The position numbers were made by a program, and so were the translations under genes. From a bacterium (lineage in GTDB: Bacteria > Patescibacteriota > Minisyncoccia > UBA6257 > GWB1-50-10): 64,000 bases of DNA. Positions 19,488 through 29,738 of this stretch are shown here, piece by piece. Position 1 is the first letter of the stretch. Each line of letters begins with the position of its first letter. The notes under the pieces are model-generated. The model saw only the letters and a program-made list of their open reading frames with translations. It did no database searches and had not been told where the DNA came from. The stretch is from positions 4,142-68,141 of the forward strand of contig DAIDAY010000001.1 of assembly GCA_027310365.1 (NCBI GenBank). The letters run 5' to 3'.

Positions 19488-20933
19488 ATGCTCGAGGACA
19501 TCAAAGGAGAAAGGAAACGAAAACTCGACAAATGGGAAGAATTCGCGGAAGGGTATCCGGCCCGCGTGAAGCGGTCCATCACGCTCGGCGAAGCACAGAA
19601 GCGCTTTACGGCGCTCGCGAAATCCAAGAAGAACATGAGCGTCGTGGGGCGCGTTTTTGGTTTGCGCGATCAGGGAGGAATCATCTTTGCCGACGTGCGA
19701 GATATTTCCGGCGCGCTCCAGATCGTTCTCGTGAAAAAGGAAATGGCCGATTTCGGGCGGCTGAAAACCTCGCTCGACATGGGCGATTTCCTTTCGGCGA
19801 CTGGCCATTTCTTCATAACGAAGAAGGGCGAGCGGAGTTTTTTGGCAAAAAAGGCATTGATTATTTCAAAGAGCCTGCGGCCCATTCCGCAGGAATGGTA
19901 CGGCCTCGGCGACATTGAAACAAGATTGAGAAAACGGTATTTGGATTCTCTGGTGAATTCCGCCGTGAGGGATATTTTCGTGAAAAAAAGTCGCTTCTGG
20001 AGGACGGTGAGAGATTTTTTGATCGACGAAGGGTTTTTGGAAGTTGAGAATCCGGTTTTGGAGGCGGTTCCGGGAGGCGCCGAAGCTGAACCATTCACGA
20101 CTCACCACAATGCGCTCAACGAAGATTTCTATTTGAGAATTTCTTTGGAGTTGCCCCTGAAAAAGATGCTCGTCGGTGGATTCGAAAAAATTTTCGAAAT
20201 CGGCCGCATCTTCAGGAACGAAGGAATCGACCGCGAGCACTTGCAGGATTACACGCAGATGGAGTGCTACTGGGCATACGCCGATTACCACGACATGATG
20301 AAGCTCGTGGAGAAGCTTTATAAAAAGCTGGCGAAAGCCGTTATCGGTTCTTTGAAATCGAAAAAGGGAAAGGAAACCATCGATTGGGGCGGAAAATGGA
20401 AGAAAGTCGGATATTTCGACCTCTTCAAGAAATACGCCGGCGTGAATCTTTCGAACGTTTCCACCGAGGATTTGAGGCGAAAGGCGAAAGAATTGAAACT
20501 CGATCTTGATCCAGGCGACAGCAAAGGGAGACTGATTGATCTTATTTACAAGAAAACCGTACGCCCTCATTTGATTCAGCCCTGCTTCCTCGTGAACCCA
20601 CCGGTTGAAATAGAACCGCTCGCGAAGCGCGTTCCCGGTCGTCCGGAGATGGTCGAACGGTTCCAAATCATGGCAGGGGGGACGGAACTGGGAAAGGGAT
20701 TTTCCGAATTGAATGACCCCGTCGATCAAAGGAAAAGATTTGAGGAACAAGTGGCGCTCCGGGAGGGCGGCGACAAAGAAGCGCAAATGATGAATGAAGA
20801 TTTCGTCGAGGCGCTCGAATACGGCATGCCTCCGGCGGCGGGGTTCGGGATGTCCGAGCGGGTTTTCGCAATCATGGTGGATATGGCTATAAGAGAAACC
20901 GTCTACTTTCCGCTCATGAGGAAGGAAAAATAA
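19488..20933 (+). CDS. lysS: lysyl-tRNA synthetase, class II
   Basis: An OB-fold N-terminus plus class II motifs (FLEVENPVLEAVPGGAEAEPFTTHHNAL, FRNEGID...QMECYWAY, GGTELGKGFSE). Confidence 0.9.
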   Translation: MLEDIKGERKRKLDKWEEFAEGYPARVKRSITLGEAQKRFTALAKSKKNMSVVGRVFGLRDQGGIIFADVRDISGALQIVLVKKEMADFGRLKTSLDMGDFLSATGHFFITKKGERSFLAKKALIISKSLRPIPQEWYGLGDIETRLRKRYLDSLVNSAVRDIFVKKSRFWRTVRDFLIDEGFLEVENPVLEAVPGGAEAEPFTTHHNALNEDFYLRISLELPLKKMLVGGFEKIFEIGRIFRNEGIDREHLQDYTQMECYWAYADYHDMMKLVEKLYKKLAKAVIGSLKSKKGKETIDWGGKWKKVGYFDLFKKYAGVNLSNVSTEDLRRKAKELKLDLDPGDSKGRLIDLIYKKTVRPHLIQPCFLVNPPVEIEPLAKRVPGRPEMVERFQIMAGGTELGKGFSELNDPVDQRKRFEEQVALREGGDKEAQMMNEDFVEALEYGMPPAAGFGMSERVFAIMVDMAIRETVYFPLMRKEK

Positions 20934-20954
20934 GAGGTTGATGCGAAATCTCAA

Positions 20955-21072
20955 ATGATGCCAACAAACTTATGAGCAACATCAAAGAAGTCACCATGAG
21001 CACCATACTTGTATGAAGTGGAGGTATGTAGTCGTATGATAAGTACGGGATGCTCAATGTTACGGCTAAATT
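20955..21072 (+). promoter_or_regulatory. conserved ~115 nt 5' leader element upstream of serS (copy 2)
   Basis: See copy 1. A T7 run at 21070..21076 follows this element. Confidence 0.6.
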
Positions 21073-21115
21073 TTTTTCGCCATGACATGAGCTCAAGAAT
21101 TTAGACACCATTGAC

Positions 21116-22387
21116 ATGCTTGATATCAATCTCATCAGGACGAATTCCGATAAAGTCAAAGAAGGCGTCCAGAGAAAGAAAATTGATCCGAAGCTCGTCG
21201 ACAAGTTTCTGCGGTTGGACGATGAGTGGAGGATAAAAACCAAAGCGATCGACGAGCTTCTGGCCGAGCAGAACGCGGTGAGTCGCGAGATGAGCAAGAA
21301 CCAAAGCCAGGATCTCTTGAGTAAGGCACAGCTTCTGAAACAACGCATCGGCGACATCGAAGCTGAACGGGATTCCCTTTCTGTTAAACGGGACGATCTT
21401 TTGAATAAGCTGCCCAACCTGCCTTTCGACAACGTACCGGTCGGCAAGGACGAGACGGAAAATAAAGTCCTGAAGAAAGTCGGCGAGAAGAACAATTTCA
21501 AGTTCAAGCCGCAGGATTACCTGACGCTCGGTGAAAAACTGAAAATCATCAACGTGAAAAAAGCGACGGAAATCGCCGGTTCGCGGTTCGGGTACATCAT
21601 GGGAGATGCAGCCCTTTTGGAATTCGCCTTGGTGCAATTGGCCTTCGACATACTCGGCAAAGAAGGATTCCTGCCGGTTGTACCGCCGGTCATGATCACG
21701 CCCGAGGTATACAAAGAAATGGGGCGGTTAGCCGCCGAACAGAAGGAAGACAAATACTTCCTGCCGAAAGACGAGTTGTACCTCGTAGGAAGCGCCGAAC
21801 ATACCGTGGGACCCTTGGGCCGTGGCGAAGTTTTTGAAGAATCATCGCTCCCGCGGCGGTACGCTGGCTTCTCGACGTGTTTTCGAAGAGAAGCGGGTTC
21901 CTACGGGAAAGACACCAAAGGAATTCTGAGGGTCCACCAGTTCGATAAAGTGGAAATGTATTCCTTCGCGAAGCCAGAAGATTCCGAGAAAGAGCATCGG
22001 TTCCTTCTCGGCATGCAGGAGAAGCTCGTCAGCGCTTTGAAATTGCCGTACCGCATCGTGGAAATATGCACCGGCGACATGGGATGGACCGATGCGCGGC
22101 AATTCGACGTCGAGACGTGGCTGCCGGGCCAAGGCGAAAACGGGGAATACCGCGAAACGCACTCCTGTTCCAACACGACTGATTTCCAGACGAGAGGAAT
22201 CAACGCAAAGTACGAGACCAAAGAAGGAAAGAAAGAGTTCTTGCACGCTTTGAATGCCACGGCCTTCGCGATCGGAAGAATGCTCATCGCCATTATCGAA
22301 AACTACCAGACGGAGAAGGGTGAAATCGAGGTTCCGGAAGCCCTGCGGGATTACCTCGGTAAAAACGTCATCAAGAAGCGTTTATAA
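21116..22387 (+). CDS. serS: seryl-tRNA synthetase
   Basis: The N-terminal coiled-coil arm and class II core ([13 protein letters not shown]..., [26 protein letters not shown]) are present. Confidence 0.9.
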   Translation: [423 protein letters not shown]

Positions 22388-23007
22388 TGAAAAAGGCGCT
22401 GAAGCTGCTTTTCTGGCTCGTCGTTTCCGTGGCAGTCGTTTACTTCGGTTATGAGGCGTACCAGCAATGGCTCGCGCCGGAAAATTTTTCGGTGACGGCC
22501 CAGGATGCGCAAAAGAAAGGAACCGAGATGCTGAATAATGCCAAAAATTCCGTCGTTTCCGGAGCCCAGTCCGTGATAACGAAAAACATTTCCGACCTCG
22601 CAAAGTGGGCTGGTCAGAATTTGTATTTGCTGGCCCAAACCATTTCCGGCACCTCGTCTTCCTCGTCCGTCCCCGGAACGCCGGCGGCTATTCCCATTCA
22701 GCGGTTTTTCGATAACCAAGTGATCGTGGCGCCCGCAGCGACCTCAGGCAATTTCAGCGTTCCGCCTCCGACGGTTTCGATCATAACCGGCATAAATCAG
22801 CAGATATCTTTTTCTTTGGTTTCCGACGGCACATACGAGATACAGTGGGGCGACGGCGTCGTCGAAGACGGTGCCGGCAAAGGATCGGGGAACGTCACGG
22901 TCATTGCTCATAGCTGGACGAAACCGGGCGATTACTCCGTCCAGGTCAAAACGACGAGTTCCAACGGCAATGCTTCTTACTCGTTTCCCATAAGAGTGTT
23001 AAAATGA
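22387..23007 (+). CDS. membrane-anchored protein with C-terminal PKD-like domain (hypothetical)
   Basis: An N-terminal TM helix. The C-terminus reads YEIQWGDG...GDYSVQVKTTSSNGNASYSFPIRV, which resembles a PKD fold. Confidence 0.5.
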   Translation: MKKALKLLFWLVVSVAVVYFGYEAYQQWLAPENFSVTAQDAQKKGTEMLNNAKNSVVSGAQSVITKNISDLAKWAGQNLYLLAQTISGTSSSSSVPGTPAAIPIQRFFDNQVIVAPAATSGNFSVPPPTVSIITGINQQISFSLVSDGTYEIQWGDGVVEDGAGKGSGNVTVIAHSWTKPGDYSVQVKTTSSNGNASYSFPIRVLK

Positions 23008-23023
23008 CAATATCTTATTCCTT

Positions 23024-23833
23024 ATGCGCGATGTTCTCAAGAACTATCAATTTGCGAGTCCGAAGAAGAGCAAAAAGAAGAAATGGAAACTGTGGCTTTC
23101 GATTTCTTCCCTTGCCGTTTGTTTTCTTCTTTTAATCCTTCTCGTGAAGGTCGTGCTTTCGTGGCCGGGATTGAATGTACAGAAATTTGCCGTTACCAAC
23201 GGCTCTCAAATCGAAAACAAGTATATTCTTTCGGCGGTCACCAATCAAATGCTCCAAAGTCGGCTCCGGGCTCTCCTCGGACCGAGGAATATCCTCTTTT
23301 GGGGTCTGGGAGGAAAACCCTCCGAGCCTCAGAATCTGCCCGAGATAGCAAACGTAAGCATTTCAGCCAACCTCTTTGGCAGAAATGTTTCGATTGATGC
23401 CACACCCCGTGTTCCCTTCGGCGTTATTTGCGAATCGACGAGCACGAATTGCTTCGTCTTTGATCAGAAAGGCGTCGTTTTTTCATCCTCTCCCGACGTC
23501 AAGGGGCCGTTGATACTCAAGGTGAACGACATGACGGGCAGGAATATCGTCTTGGGTCAAAATATCCTCCCGGAGAGCGTCTGGCGCGATAATTTCTTCG
23601 GTATCCTCCAATCGCTGAAAAACGCGAGTTTCACCGCAGCGAACATCAGCTTCGACGACTTTTCATCGCGGGAGTGGTCGGTAAATCTCCTGAACGGTCC
23701 CGTGTTTTACTTCAGCTTCGATTCGACGCCCGATAATCTGAGCTACATCCTGGCGAACCTTTCGGCGCGGCTGGATTTTAAGAAAGCAACCTACATCGAC
23801 TTTAGAGTCCCCGGCAGGATCTATTATAAGTAA
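23024..23833 (+). CDS. FtsQ/DivIB-like cell division protein (POTRA plus beta domain)
   Basis: A basic N-terminus, one TM helix, then a POTRA-like region (NVSISANLFGRNVSIDATPRVPFGVICE...VFDQKGVVF). Confidence 0.45.
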   Translation: MRDVLKNYQFASPKKSKKKKWKLWLSISSLAVCFLLLILLVKVVLSWPGLNVQKFAVTNGSQIENKYILSAVTNQMLQSRLRALLGPRNILFWGLGGKPSEPQNLPEIANVSISANLFGRNVSIDATPRVPFGVICESTSTNCFVFDQKGVVFSSSPDVKGPLILKVNDMTGRNIVLGQNILPESVWRDNFFGILQSLKNASFTAANISFDDFSSREWSVNLLNGPVFYFSFDSTPDNLSYILANLSARLDFKKATYIDFRVPGRIYYK

Positions 23834-23955
23834 TTCTCCATTTTACCATTTCCAATCGATTTACCAACATTCGGAAATTTCCAAATGGTAAATTTAATGG
23901 AAATCAAGAATGGCAAATCGGAAATGAGGTTTATGCTATCATTACTTATAAGTCC

Positions 23956-24756
23956 ATGAATCACAAAGAAGGTTTTTCGTTGGTAGAGTTGCTTATCTAC
24001 ATTGCTCTCTTTGCGGTCATCTCTCTTTTCCTCGTGGGGATTTTAACGACATTCACGAGAATTCAAGTGAGACAAAGCGCAGCGAATGAAATCAATAACC
24101 AAATCAGTTTCGTTTCGAGCGTCGTGAAGGAAATGGTCCAGAATTCCAGTTTAGTTTATTTGCAAGACGGCGTGACAACTTCAACTTTGGATTTGCGGAT
24201 GGCGTCATCTTCAGTTGATCCAACGCTCATCTATGCAAGTGGCACCGCGATCTACTTGCAGCAGGGGAATGCCGCACCGGTCGCGTTGACGAACTCAAAT
24301 GTTACCGTCAACAATTTCTCGGTCACACCGTATAAAAACCCCGGTGGCTCGACCGTAGTCCAAACAAATTTGTCTTTGACCTATAACAATCCGAATCCCG
24401 CGAGCCAGTTCAGTCAATCGTTGCAATTGGCCGTTGCGAGAATCTCTGCCGCCACATTCGATTCGGCATTGTATCCCGCAAGCTCAACCAGTTTGGATGT
24501 CGGGTCAGCAGCGAGTCCGTGGGGGAACGGATGGTTCAATGGCAGTCTCCATGTGTTCAATGCCGACACTGCGAGCAACCAGGGAGAAATTTATGCGGGA
24601 ACGGGGGTTTCGGGTTCGGTCGCCTTGAAAGCGAACGGTAACGTCGGCTTCTATAGCGCGAGTCAAGGTTTGATCCTGAATTCGGGCAGTAACTGCTATC
24701 TTCTGGGGGTGAACGCCTCGGGAACTTTGAGTACGACGCTTGTCAGCTGCCCGTAG
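23956..24756 (+). CDS. type IV pilin / pseudopilin-like protein
   Basis: The class III signal peptide and N-terminal helix (KEGFSLVELLIYIALFAVISLF) are characteristic of prepilins. Confidence 0.7.
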   Translation: MNHKEGFSLVELLIYIALFAVISLFLVGILTTFTRIQVRQSAANEINNQISFVSSVVKEMVQNSSLVYLQDGVTTSTLDLRMASSSVDPTLIYASGTAIYLQQGNAAPVALTNSNVTVNNFSVTPYKNPGGSTVVQTNLSLTYNNPNPASQFSQSLQLAVARISAATFDSALYPASSTSLDVGSAASPWGNGWFNGSLHVFNADTASNQGEIYAGTGVSGSVALKANGNVGFYSASQGLILNSGSNCYLLGVNASGTLSTTLVSCP

Positions 24757-24878
24757 GGGCAACAAAATCAATCCTTGCATTCGTAAAGTTTACGAATGCT
24801 AAAACCTATTCGCGCGCACGCTCCTCGCCACCCAACTCGCCATTCGGCGGGGGACTTGGCTCGGCACGCGGCTCGCTC

Positions 24879-25112
24879 ATGGATTTTGACGCATACTCCA
24901 ACATACTCATTCAAGGACACGCCGAAAAAAGTGGTCTTCTTGATTATTGCCAGAAGAATGACGTCTTCCTCGAGAATGTCATCACACTTTCCAAGACAAC
25001 AAGCATCGAGCATCTAAAAATATTCTTCAGAGAACTTCAGGAGAGGGGTGTATGCAAAGGCATGAACAAGTATGAAATCCATGCAATGAATCAGAAAATC
25101 ATTATAGTCTAG
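24879..25112 (+). CDS. small hypothetical protein (77 aa)
   Basis: The ORF is followed immediately by its own strong intrinsic terminator at 25113..25152. There is no recognisable homology. Confidence 0.4.
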   Translation: MDFDAYSNILIQGHAEKSGLLDYCQKNDVFLENVITLSKTTSIEHLKIFFRELQERGVCKGMNKYEIHAMNQKIIIV

Positions 25113-25152
25113 AGCCGTCATTGTGAAATATCAGTGACGGCTTTTTGCTTTT
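25113..25152 (+). terminator. rho-independent terminator
   Basis: A perfect 8 bp stem (AGCCGTCA / TGACGGCT) with a 14 nt loop, followed by TTTTTGCTTTT. Confidence 0.6.
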
Positions 25153-25207
25153 CGTTAGCCTTTTAGGAGGATCACTTTTCCCTGAAGAGGGACATCTGAG
25201 TGAATTG

Positions 25208-25394
25208 ATGAATCCCCGAGCGATGAGGAAGGAATAAACAATGTCGCCTGTCTGAATCCCGAGTCTGCCTCAAAATTCAGTAGGTACTGAATTTTGAGGC
25301 AACGAGGTTGAGTTCGATATTTCGTGGCTTTATTCCAACGAAGAGGGAGGGGGATTCATATGAATGAAAATTCTCCTGATGAAGGGGAAGGTGG
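25208..25394. repeat. ~190 nt intergenic repeat element, copy 1 (contains hairpin 25267..25300)
   Basis: About 85% identical to the reverse complement of 42897..43053. It includes a near-perfect 16 bp inverted repeat (GCCTCAAAATTCAGTA gg TACTGAATTTTGAGGC). Confidence 0.8.
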
Positions 25395-25410
25395 TTCCCG
25401 AAGTCCTCCT

Positions 25411-25437
25411 TTAGCACTTGACAGGTGTGAGTGCTAA
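25411..25437 (+). promoter_or_regulatory. CIRCE operator (HrcA binding site)
   Basis: TTAGCACTT-N9-GAGTGCTAA matches the CIRCE consensus TTAGCACTC-N9-GAGTGCTAA with one mismatch. It lies about 130 nt upstream of hrcA. Confidence 0.85.
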
Positions 25438-25568
25438 TATATAATTATTCTTAACGCTGAATCCCATGAGAAACCGCAAGCCTACAAAAAAAATGACCAC
25501 CTCCCACGTCGCATTAACCGAACATGACGGGCAATCGCTGATGCAAAAGGCGTTGTGCTTCTAAAGAG

Positions 25569-26261
25569 ATGAAAGATCGCAGCAAGGAAATTCTCAAAAC
25601 CGCCGTTGAAGACTATATAAAGACCGGCAAACCCATAACCTCCGAAGGCCTCTACGAAGATCACAATTTCGGCATCAAACCCGCCATGATTCGCTGGGAG
25701 CTGAATGATTTGTCCGAAGAGGGCTATTTCTACCAAACCCATCCTTCCGGCGGCAGGTTTCCCTCAGACAAAGCCTATCGACTCTTCGTGGAAGACTTGG
25801 TCAAAGACGGTTTGAAGGCCCGATGTGCCGATTCCGAATACCGGAGTTCGGTTTTGAAGTTTTTGAAAGGGGAGGTGAATTCTTTTGTGGAAGATGTTTC
25901 GGACGAACTCCGAATGCTTTCCGTAGGATATGAGACACGGAGGAACGAAATGTGGACGAGCGGCCTCTATGAACTTTTGGAGAATTTGGACCTTTTGGAC
26001 AGAGAAGAATTGGTTGACGTGGTGAAAGACGTGGAAATGCTTCCAACGAAGATCAAATCAGGGTTCTGGAGGGACGAAGAAGGTTGGCCGAAGGTTTTCA
26101 TCGGCAAGAATCCCTTCGTGCGGAGCAAGGACGTTGCAGTCATCGCAAATTGCCTCCGGGTCGGAAATGAAAATTTTCTCCTCTTGGCCATCGGGCCGAA
26201 ACGGATGGATTATGCGAAACCACTGGAACTTTTCGAGGTATTAAACAAAGCAGTCGAATGA
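25569..26261 (+). CDS. hrcA: heat-inducible transcription repressor HrcA (short form)
   Basis: The N-terminal winged-helix region (ILKTAVEDYIKTGKPITSEGL...IRWELNDLSEEGYFYQTHPSGGRFPSDKAYRLFV) is HrcA-like. A CIRCE element lies upstream and grpE-dnaK-dnaJ downstream. Confidence 0.7.
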   Translation: MKDRSKEILKTAVEDYIKTGKPITSEGLYEDHNFGIKPAMIRWELNDLSEEGYFYQTHPSGGRFPSDKAYRLFVEDLVKDGLKARCADSEYRSSVLKFLKGEVNSFVEDVSDELRMLSVGYETRRNEMWTSGLYELLENLDLLDREELVDVVKDVEMLPTKIKSGFWRDEEGWPKVFIGKNPFVRSKDVAVIANCLRVGNENFLLLAIGPKRMDYAKPLELFEVLNKAVE

Positions 26262-26326
26262 TTTATTTTTTGAATTTCGAGTAAATGACTGAGTTCATAA
26301 ATTCTTAAATTCAATCAAAATTCGAA

Positions 26327-26830
26327 ATGCTGTCATTCAAAATTATGGAGGAAAACATAAAAAAAGGAGAACAAACGCAGGAGGTGAGCAACGTCGAGGA
26401 AATAAAAAAGGAGCGGGACGAGTATTTAGATGGTTGGAAACGTGCGAAGGCGGATCTCATCAACTACAAGAAGGAAGAGATGCACCGCCTGGAATCATTC
26501 ACCAAGTTCTCGAACGAAGCCATAATGCTCGAAATGCTCCAAGTCCTCGACAGTTTTGATCTGGGACTCTCGATCATCAAGGAAGACGATCCGGCAAGGA
26601 AAGGAGTCATTCTCATCCAGAGCCAGATGAAAGACATCATGAAACGGCACGGACTGGAACGGATCGAGGTGAAGAAAGGTGATCAATTGGACACAAATCT
26701 CCATGAAGCGATAGAAGAAGTCAATTCCGATGCCCCTCCGGGGACGGTAAGCGAGGAAGTGACGGCCGGCTATAAGCTTCACGGAAAAACAATACGGCCG
26801 GCAAGAGTAAAAGTGTCGAAGAAACAATGA
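26327..26830 (+). CDS. grpE: nucleotide exchange factor GrpE
   Basis: DGWKRAKADLINYKKEEMH...MLEMLQVLDSFD matches GrpE. Confidence 0.9.
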   Translation: MLSFKIMEENIKKGEQTQEVSNVEEIKKERDEYLDGWKRAKADLINYKKEEMHRLESFTKFSNEAIMLEMLQVLDSFDLGLSIIKEDDPARKGVILIQSQMKDIMKRHGLERIEVKKGDQLDTNLHEAIEEVNSDAPPGTVSEEVTAGYKLHGKTIRPARVKVSKKQ

Positions 26831-26848
26831 CAAACAATAAACAAAACC

Positions 26849-28708
26849 ATGAGTAAGATATTAGGCATAGATTTGGGGACGACGAACTCGGCGATGGCCG
26901 TCGTGGAAGGCGGCGAGCCGAAAGTCCTCGAGAATGTGGAAGGTTTGCGGACAACGCCCTCTATCGTCGCGATTTCGAAATCGAACGAGCGCCTGACGGG
27001 CCTTTTGGCCAAACGCCAGGGCGTCGTGAACCCGAAGAACACCATTTTTTCGGTGAAGCGGCTCATCGGTCGGAAATTCACCGATCCGGAGGTCCAGAGG
27101 GACAAGGAATGGCTTTCGTACGACATCAAGGCGTCCGAGACCGGGGGCGTCGACATCAAAATGGGCGATCGATGGTACACGCCGGAAGAAATATCGGCGA
27201 TGGTCTTGCAAAAACTGAAGGCTGATGCCGAAGCGAAACTCGGCGAATCGATCACCGAAGTGGTTATCACCGTTCCGGCGTACTTCGACGACTCTCAGAG
27301 GCAGGCAACCAAGAACGCAGGCGAAATCGCCGGGTTCAAGGTGCGGAGGATTTTGAACGAGCCGACGGCTGCTGCTTTGGCCTATGGCATGAACAAGCAG
27401 AAAAACGAAAGGATCGTCGTTTACGATTTCGGCGGCGGAACCTTCGATATTTCCATCCTCGAAGTCGGCGATGACACCGTCGAGGTAAAAGCGACGGGCG
27501 GCGACACTCATTTGGGTGGAGACGATTTTGACAAGAGGATTATGGAATATCTCGTTTCCGAATACAAGAAACAGGAAGGCATCGACCTTTCGAAAGACAC
27601 CTTGGCGCTCCAGAGATTGAAGGAAGCCGCGGAACGGGCGAAGCACGAACTTTCGACCGTCACGGAAACGGAAATCAATCTACCGTACATCACGTCCGAT
27701 GCCAGTGGGCCGAAGCACTTCCTGATCAAGATGACGCGGGCGAAGCTCGAAGATTTGGTGAAGGATATGATCGATCGCTCGATCCAGCTCGTAAAAGAAG
27801 CGGTTGAATCACCCGCTCCCCGGGGAGCGGGGATGAAACTTTCCGACATCAACGAAATCATCTTGGTCGGCGGCCAAACAAGAATGCCCGCCATGCAGGA
27901 AGCGGTGAAGAAACTCTTCAGCAAAGAACCCAATAAAAACATCAACCCGGATGAAGTCGTGGCGGTAGGCGCCGCGGTTCAGGCCGGCATACTCCAGGGA
28001 GACGTAAAGGATATTTTACTCTTGGATGTAACGCCACTGACCTTGAGCATCGAAACGTACGGCGGTGTTGCAACACCCATGATCCAGAAGAACACGACGG
28101 TGCCGACCGCAAAAACGCAAATCTTCTCGACGGCAGCCGACACCCAAACCTCGGTGGAAATCCATGTCGGTCAGGGAGAACGCCCAATGATGGCGGACAA
28201 CAAGACGCTTGCCCGGTTCATCTTGGATGGCATACCGCCCGCGCCGCGCGGAGTTCCGCAAATCGAAGTAACTTTTGACATCGACGCAAACGGCATTTTA
28301 ACCGCGAAGGCCGTCGACAAAGCGACGAACAAGGAACAATCCGTGAAAATTGAGGCCTCGACAAGCTTAAGCAAAGATGAAATCGAGCGTTTGAAGAAAG
28401 AAGCCGCCGAACACGCGAGCGAAGACCAGAAAAAGAAAGAAATGGCGGAAACGCGGAACCAGGCGGAGATGACGATCTATGCTGCGGAGAAATCCGTGAA
28501 AGATGCCGGCGATAAGATAGGCGAAGACGTCAAGAAAGACATCGCCGAGAAACTCGAAAAGGTGAAAGGATTGAAAGACGGCGCCGACATCGACGGCTTG
28601 AAATCGGCCATGAGCGATCTTTCGACGTCACTCCAGAAAATAGGGGAAACAATGTACAATAGGACAGAAGAACCAAACAATGGAACAGGGACTGCAAATA
28701 GTCAGTGA
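26849..28708 (+). CDS. dnaK: chaperone DnaK (Hsp70)
   Basis: [25 protein letters not shown] and [11 protein letters not shown] are all present. Length is 619 aa. Confidence 0.95.
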   Translation: MSKILGIDLGTTNSAMAVVEGGEPKVLENVEGLRTTPSIVAISKSNERLTGLLAKRQGVVNPKNTIFSVKRLIGRKFTDPEVQRDKEWLSYDIKASETGGVDIKMGDRWYTPEEISAMVLQKLKADAEAKLGESITEVVITVPAYFDDSQRQATKNAGEIAGFKVRRILNEPTAAALAYGMNKQKNERIVVYDFGGGTFDISILEVGDDTVEVKATGGDTHLGGDDFDKRIMEYLVSEYKKQEGIDLSKDTLALQRLKEAAERAKHELSTVTETEINLPYITSDASGPKHFLIKMTRAKLEDLVKDMIDRSIQLVKEAVESPAPRGAGMKLSDINEIILVGGQTRMPAMQEAVKKLFSKEPNKNINPDEVVAVGAAVQAGILQGDVKDILLLDVTPLTLSIETYGGVATPMIQKNTTVPTAKTQIFSTAADTQTSVEIHVGQGERPMMADNKTLARFILDGIPPAPRGVPQIEVTFDIDANGILTAKAVDKATNKEQSVKIEASTSLSKDEIERLKKEAAEHASEDQKKKEMAETRNQAEMTIYAAEKSVKDAGDKIGEDVKKDIAEKLEKVKGLKDGADIDGLKSAMSDLSTSLQKIGETMYNRTEEPNNGTGTANSQ

Positions 28709-29738
28709 ATCCAAAGAAATCGAAGAAGACAAGAATTGGTGGAAGATCGTTCTCATCGGACTCTTTGATGTCGGAGTGAGCGTTCTCTCGTTTTGGTATC
28801 TAAACCAGTTTCTCAGCGTTGCGGGATTTTCCAACTTTTGGCTCCTCGTTCTGTTTTTCTTCCTTGCTCTCGTCTTCAACATTTTGACCGTCTTTTTGGT
28901 CAAAAGATTGTGGAAAGCGGTTCTCATCGGCTTTCTCGAAATCGCCGTTTCCATCGTATGGTACGCGAAGAACTTCAGCGCAGAGGATCCCAATCTTTCG
29001 CGAATCCTCGTCTTGGGACTTGCGGCGGGATTTTACTTCCTCTTCCTCGGTTTGCGGCGCGGGAACAAGATGATCGAGAATAGTTTGAAAACGAAATTTT
29101 TCGGCACATCAAGACGGATGATACCTATGCTCTCCGCCGGATTTCTTGTCCCATTCATGGTGGTTTTCGGCTTGTACTTCTTCGGCTGGCATGCAGGTTC
29201 TCCCGCGATGGGAAGAGGAATCACCGATGGATTGATCGACGCGATCGTTCCGTTTTCGAGCATCATAACGCCGGGCAATACCGTGAGTCGCGGCGAAAGC
29301 ATGAAAGAACTTTTGAGGAATTTCGCGCTTCAGAAATTGCAGTCGACCAAGATCAGCACAATCGACAAAAGCCAGACGATCAATGTTTCCTACAACAGCC
29401 TCCCTCCCGATTACCAAAAGCAGCTCCTTGACCAGATGACGGGCGAGCTGGAAGCAGGGCTGAAGAGCAAATTCAGCTATTTCGATTCCCGAAAAAGCGT
29501 TGCCGATTTCGCGTACGAAGCGGCATCCGACTATTTTAACAAACTTACCATTGTTTTCGGTTCCTCCGCGCCGGTGCTCCTCGTCGCAGTGCTCTTTTTC
29601 ATCATCAAAGGAACTTTGGTTTTATTCTATTGGCTCATAGAATTCATAGCGTTTGTCGTTTTGAAGATTCTCGTTGTTTTCAATTTCGCGTATCCCAACT
29701 TGGAAACCCGGACAAGGGAATTCTTGCTTCTTTCGTAG
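28680..29738 (+). CDS. polytopic membrane protein of unknown function, embedded between dnaK and dnaJ
   Basis: A 352 aa protein with multiple predicted TM helices. Its start overlaps the dnaK 3' end by 29 nt. No homology recognised. Confidence 0.5.
   Translation: MEQGLQIVSESKEIEEDKNWWKIVLIGLFDVGVSVLSFWYLNQFLSVAGFSNFWLLVLFFFLALVFNILTVFLVKRLWKAVLIGFLEIAVSIVWYAKNFSAEDPNLSRILVLGLAAGFYFLFLGLRRGNKMIENSLKTKFFGTSRRMIPMLSAGFLVPFMVVFGLYFFGWHAGSPAMGRGITDGLIDAIVPFSSIITPGNTVSRGESMKELLRNFALQKLQSTKISTIDKSQTINVSYNSLPPDYQKQLLDQMTGELEAGLKSKFSYFDSRKSVADFAYEAASDYFNKLTIVFGSSAPVLLVAVLFFIIKGTLVLFYWLIEFIAFVVLKILVVFNFAYPNLETRTREFLLLS

Noticed and set aside
19866-20954. 362-aa minus-strand ORF
   Set aside because: It is antisense to lysS and has no recognisable motifs, so it is a shadow ORF.
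19333-21072. T-box riboswitch assignment for the lysS/serS leaders
   Set aside because: I could not find the conserved T-box antiterminator 14-mer (AGGGUGGNACCGCG) or a clear stem I specifier/AGAGA architecture by eye. The elements are kept as an unclassified conserved leader.
26861-27646. 261-aa minus-strand ORF
   Set aside because: It is antisense to dnaK. It is a shadow ORF.
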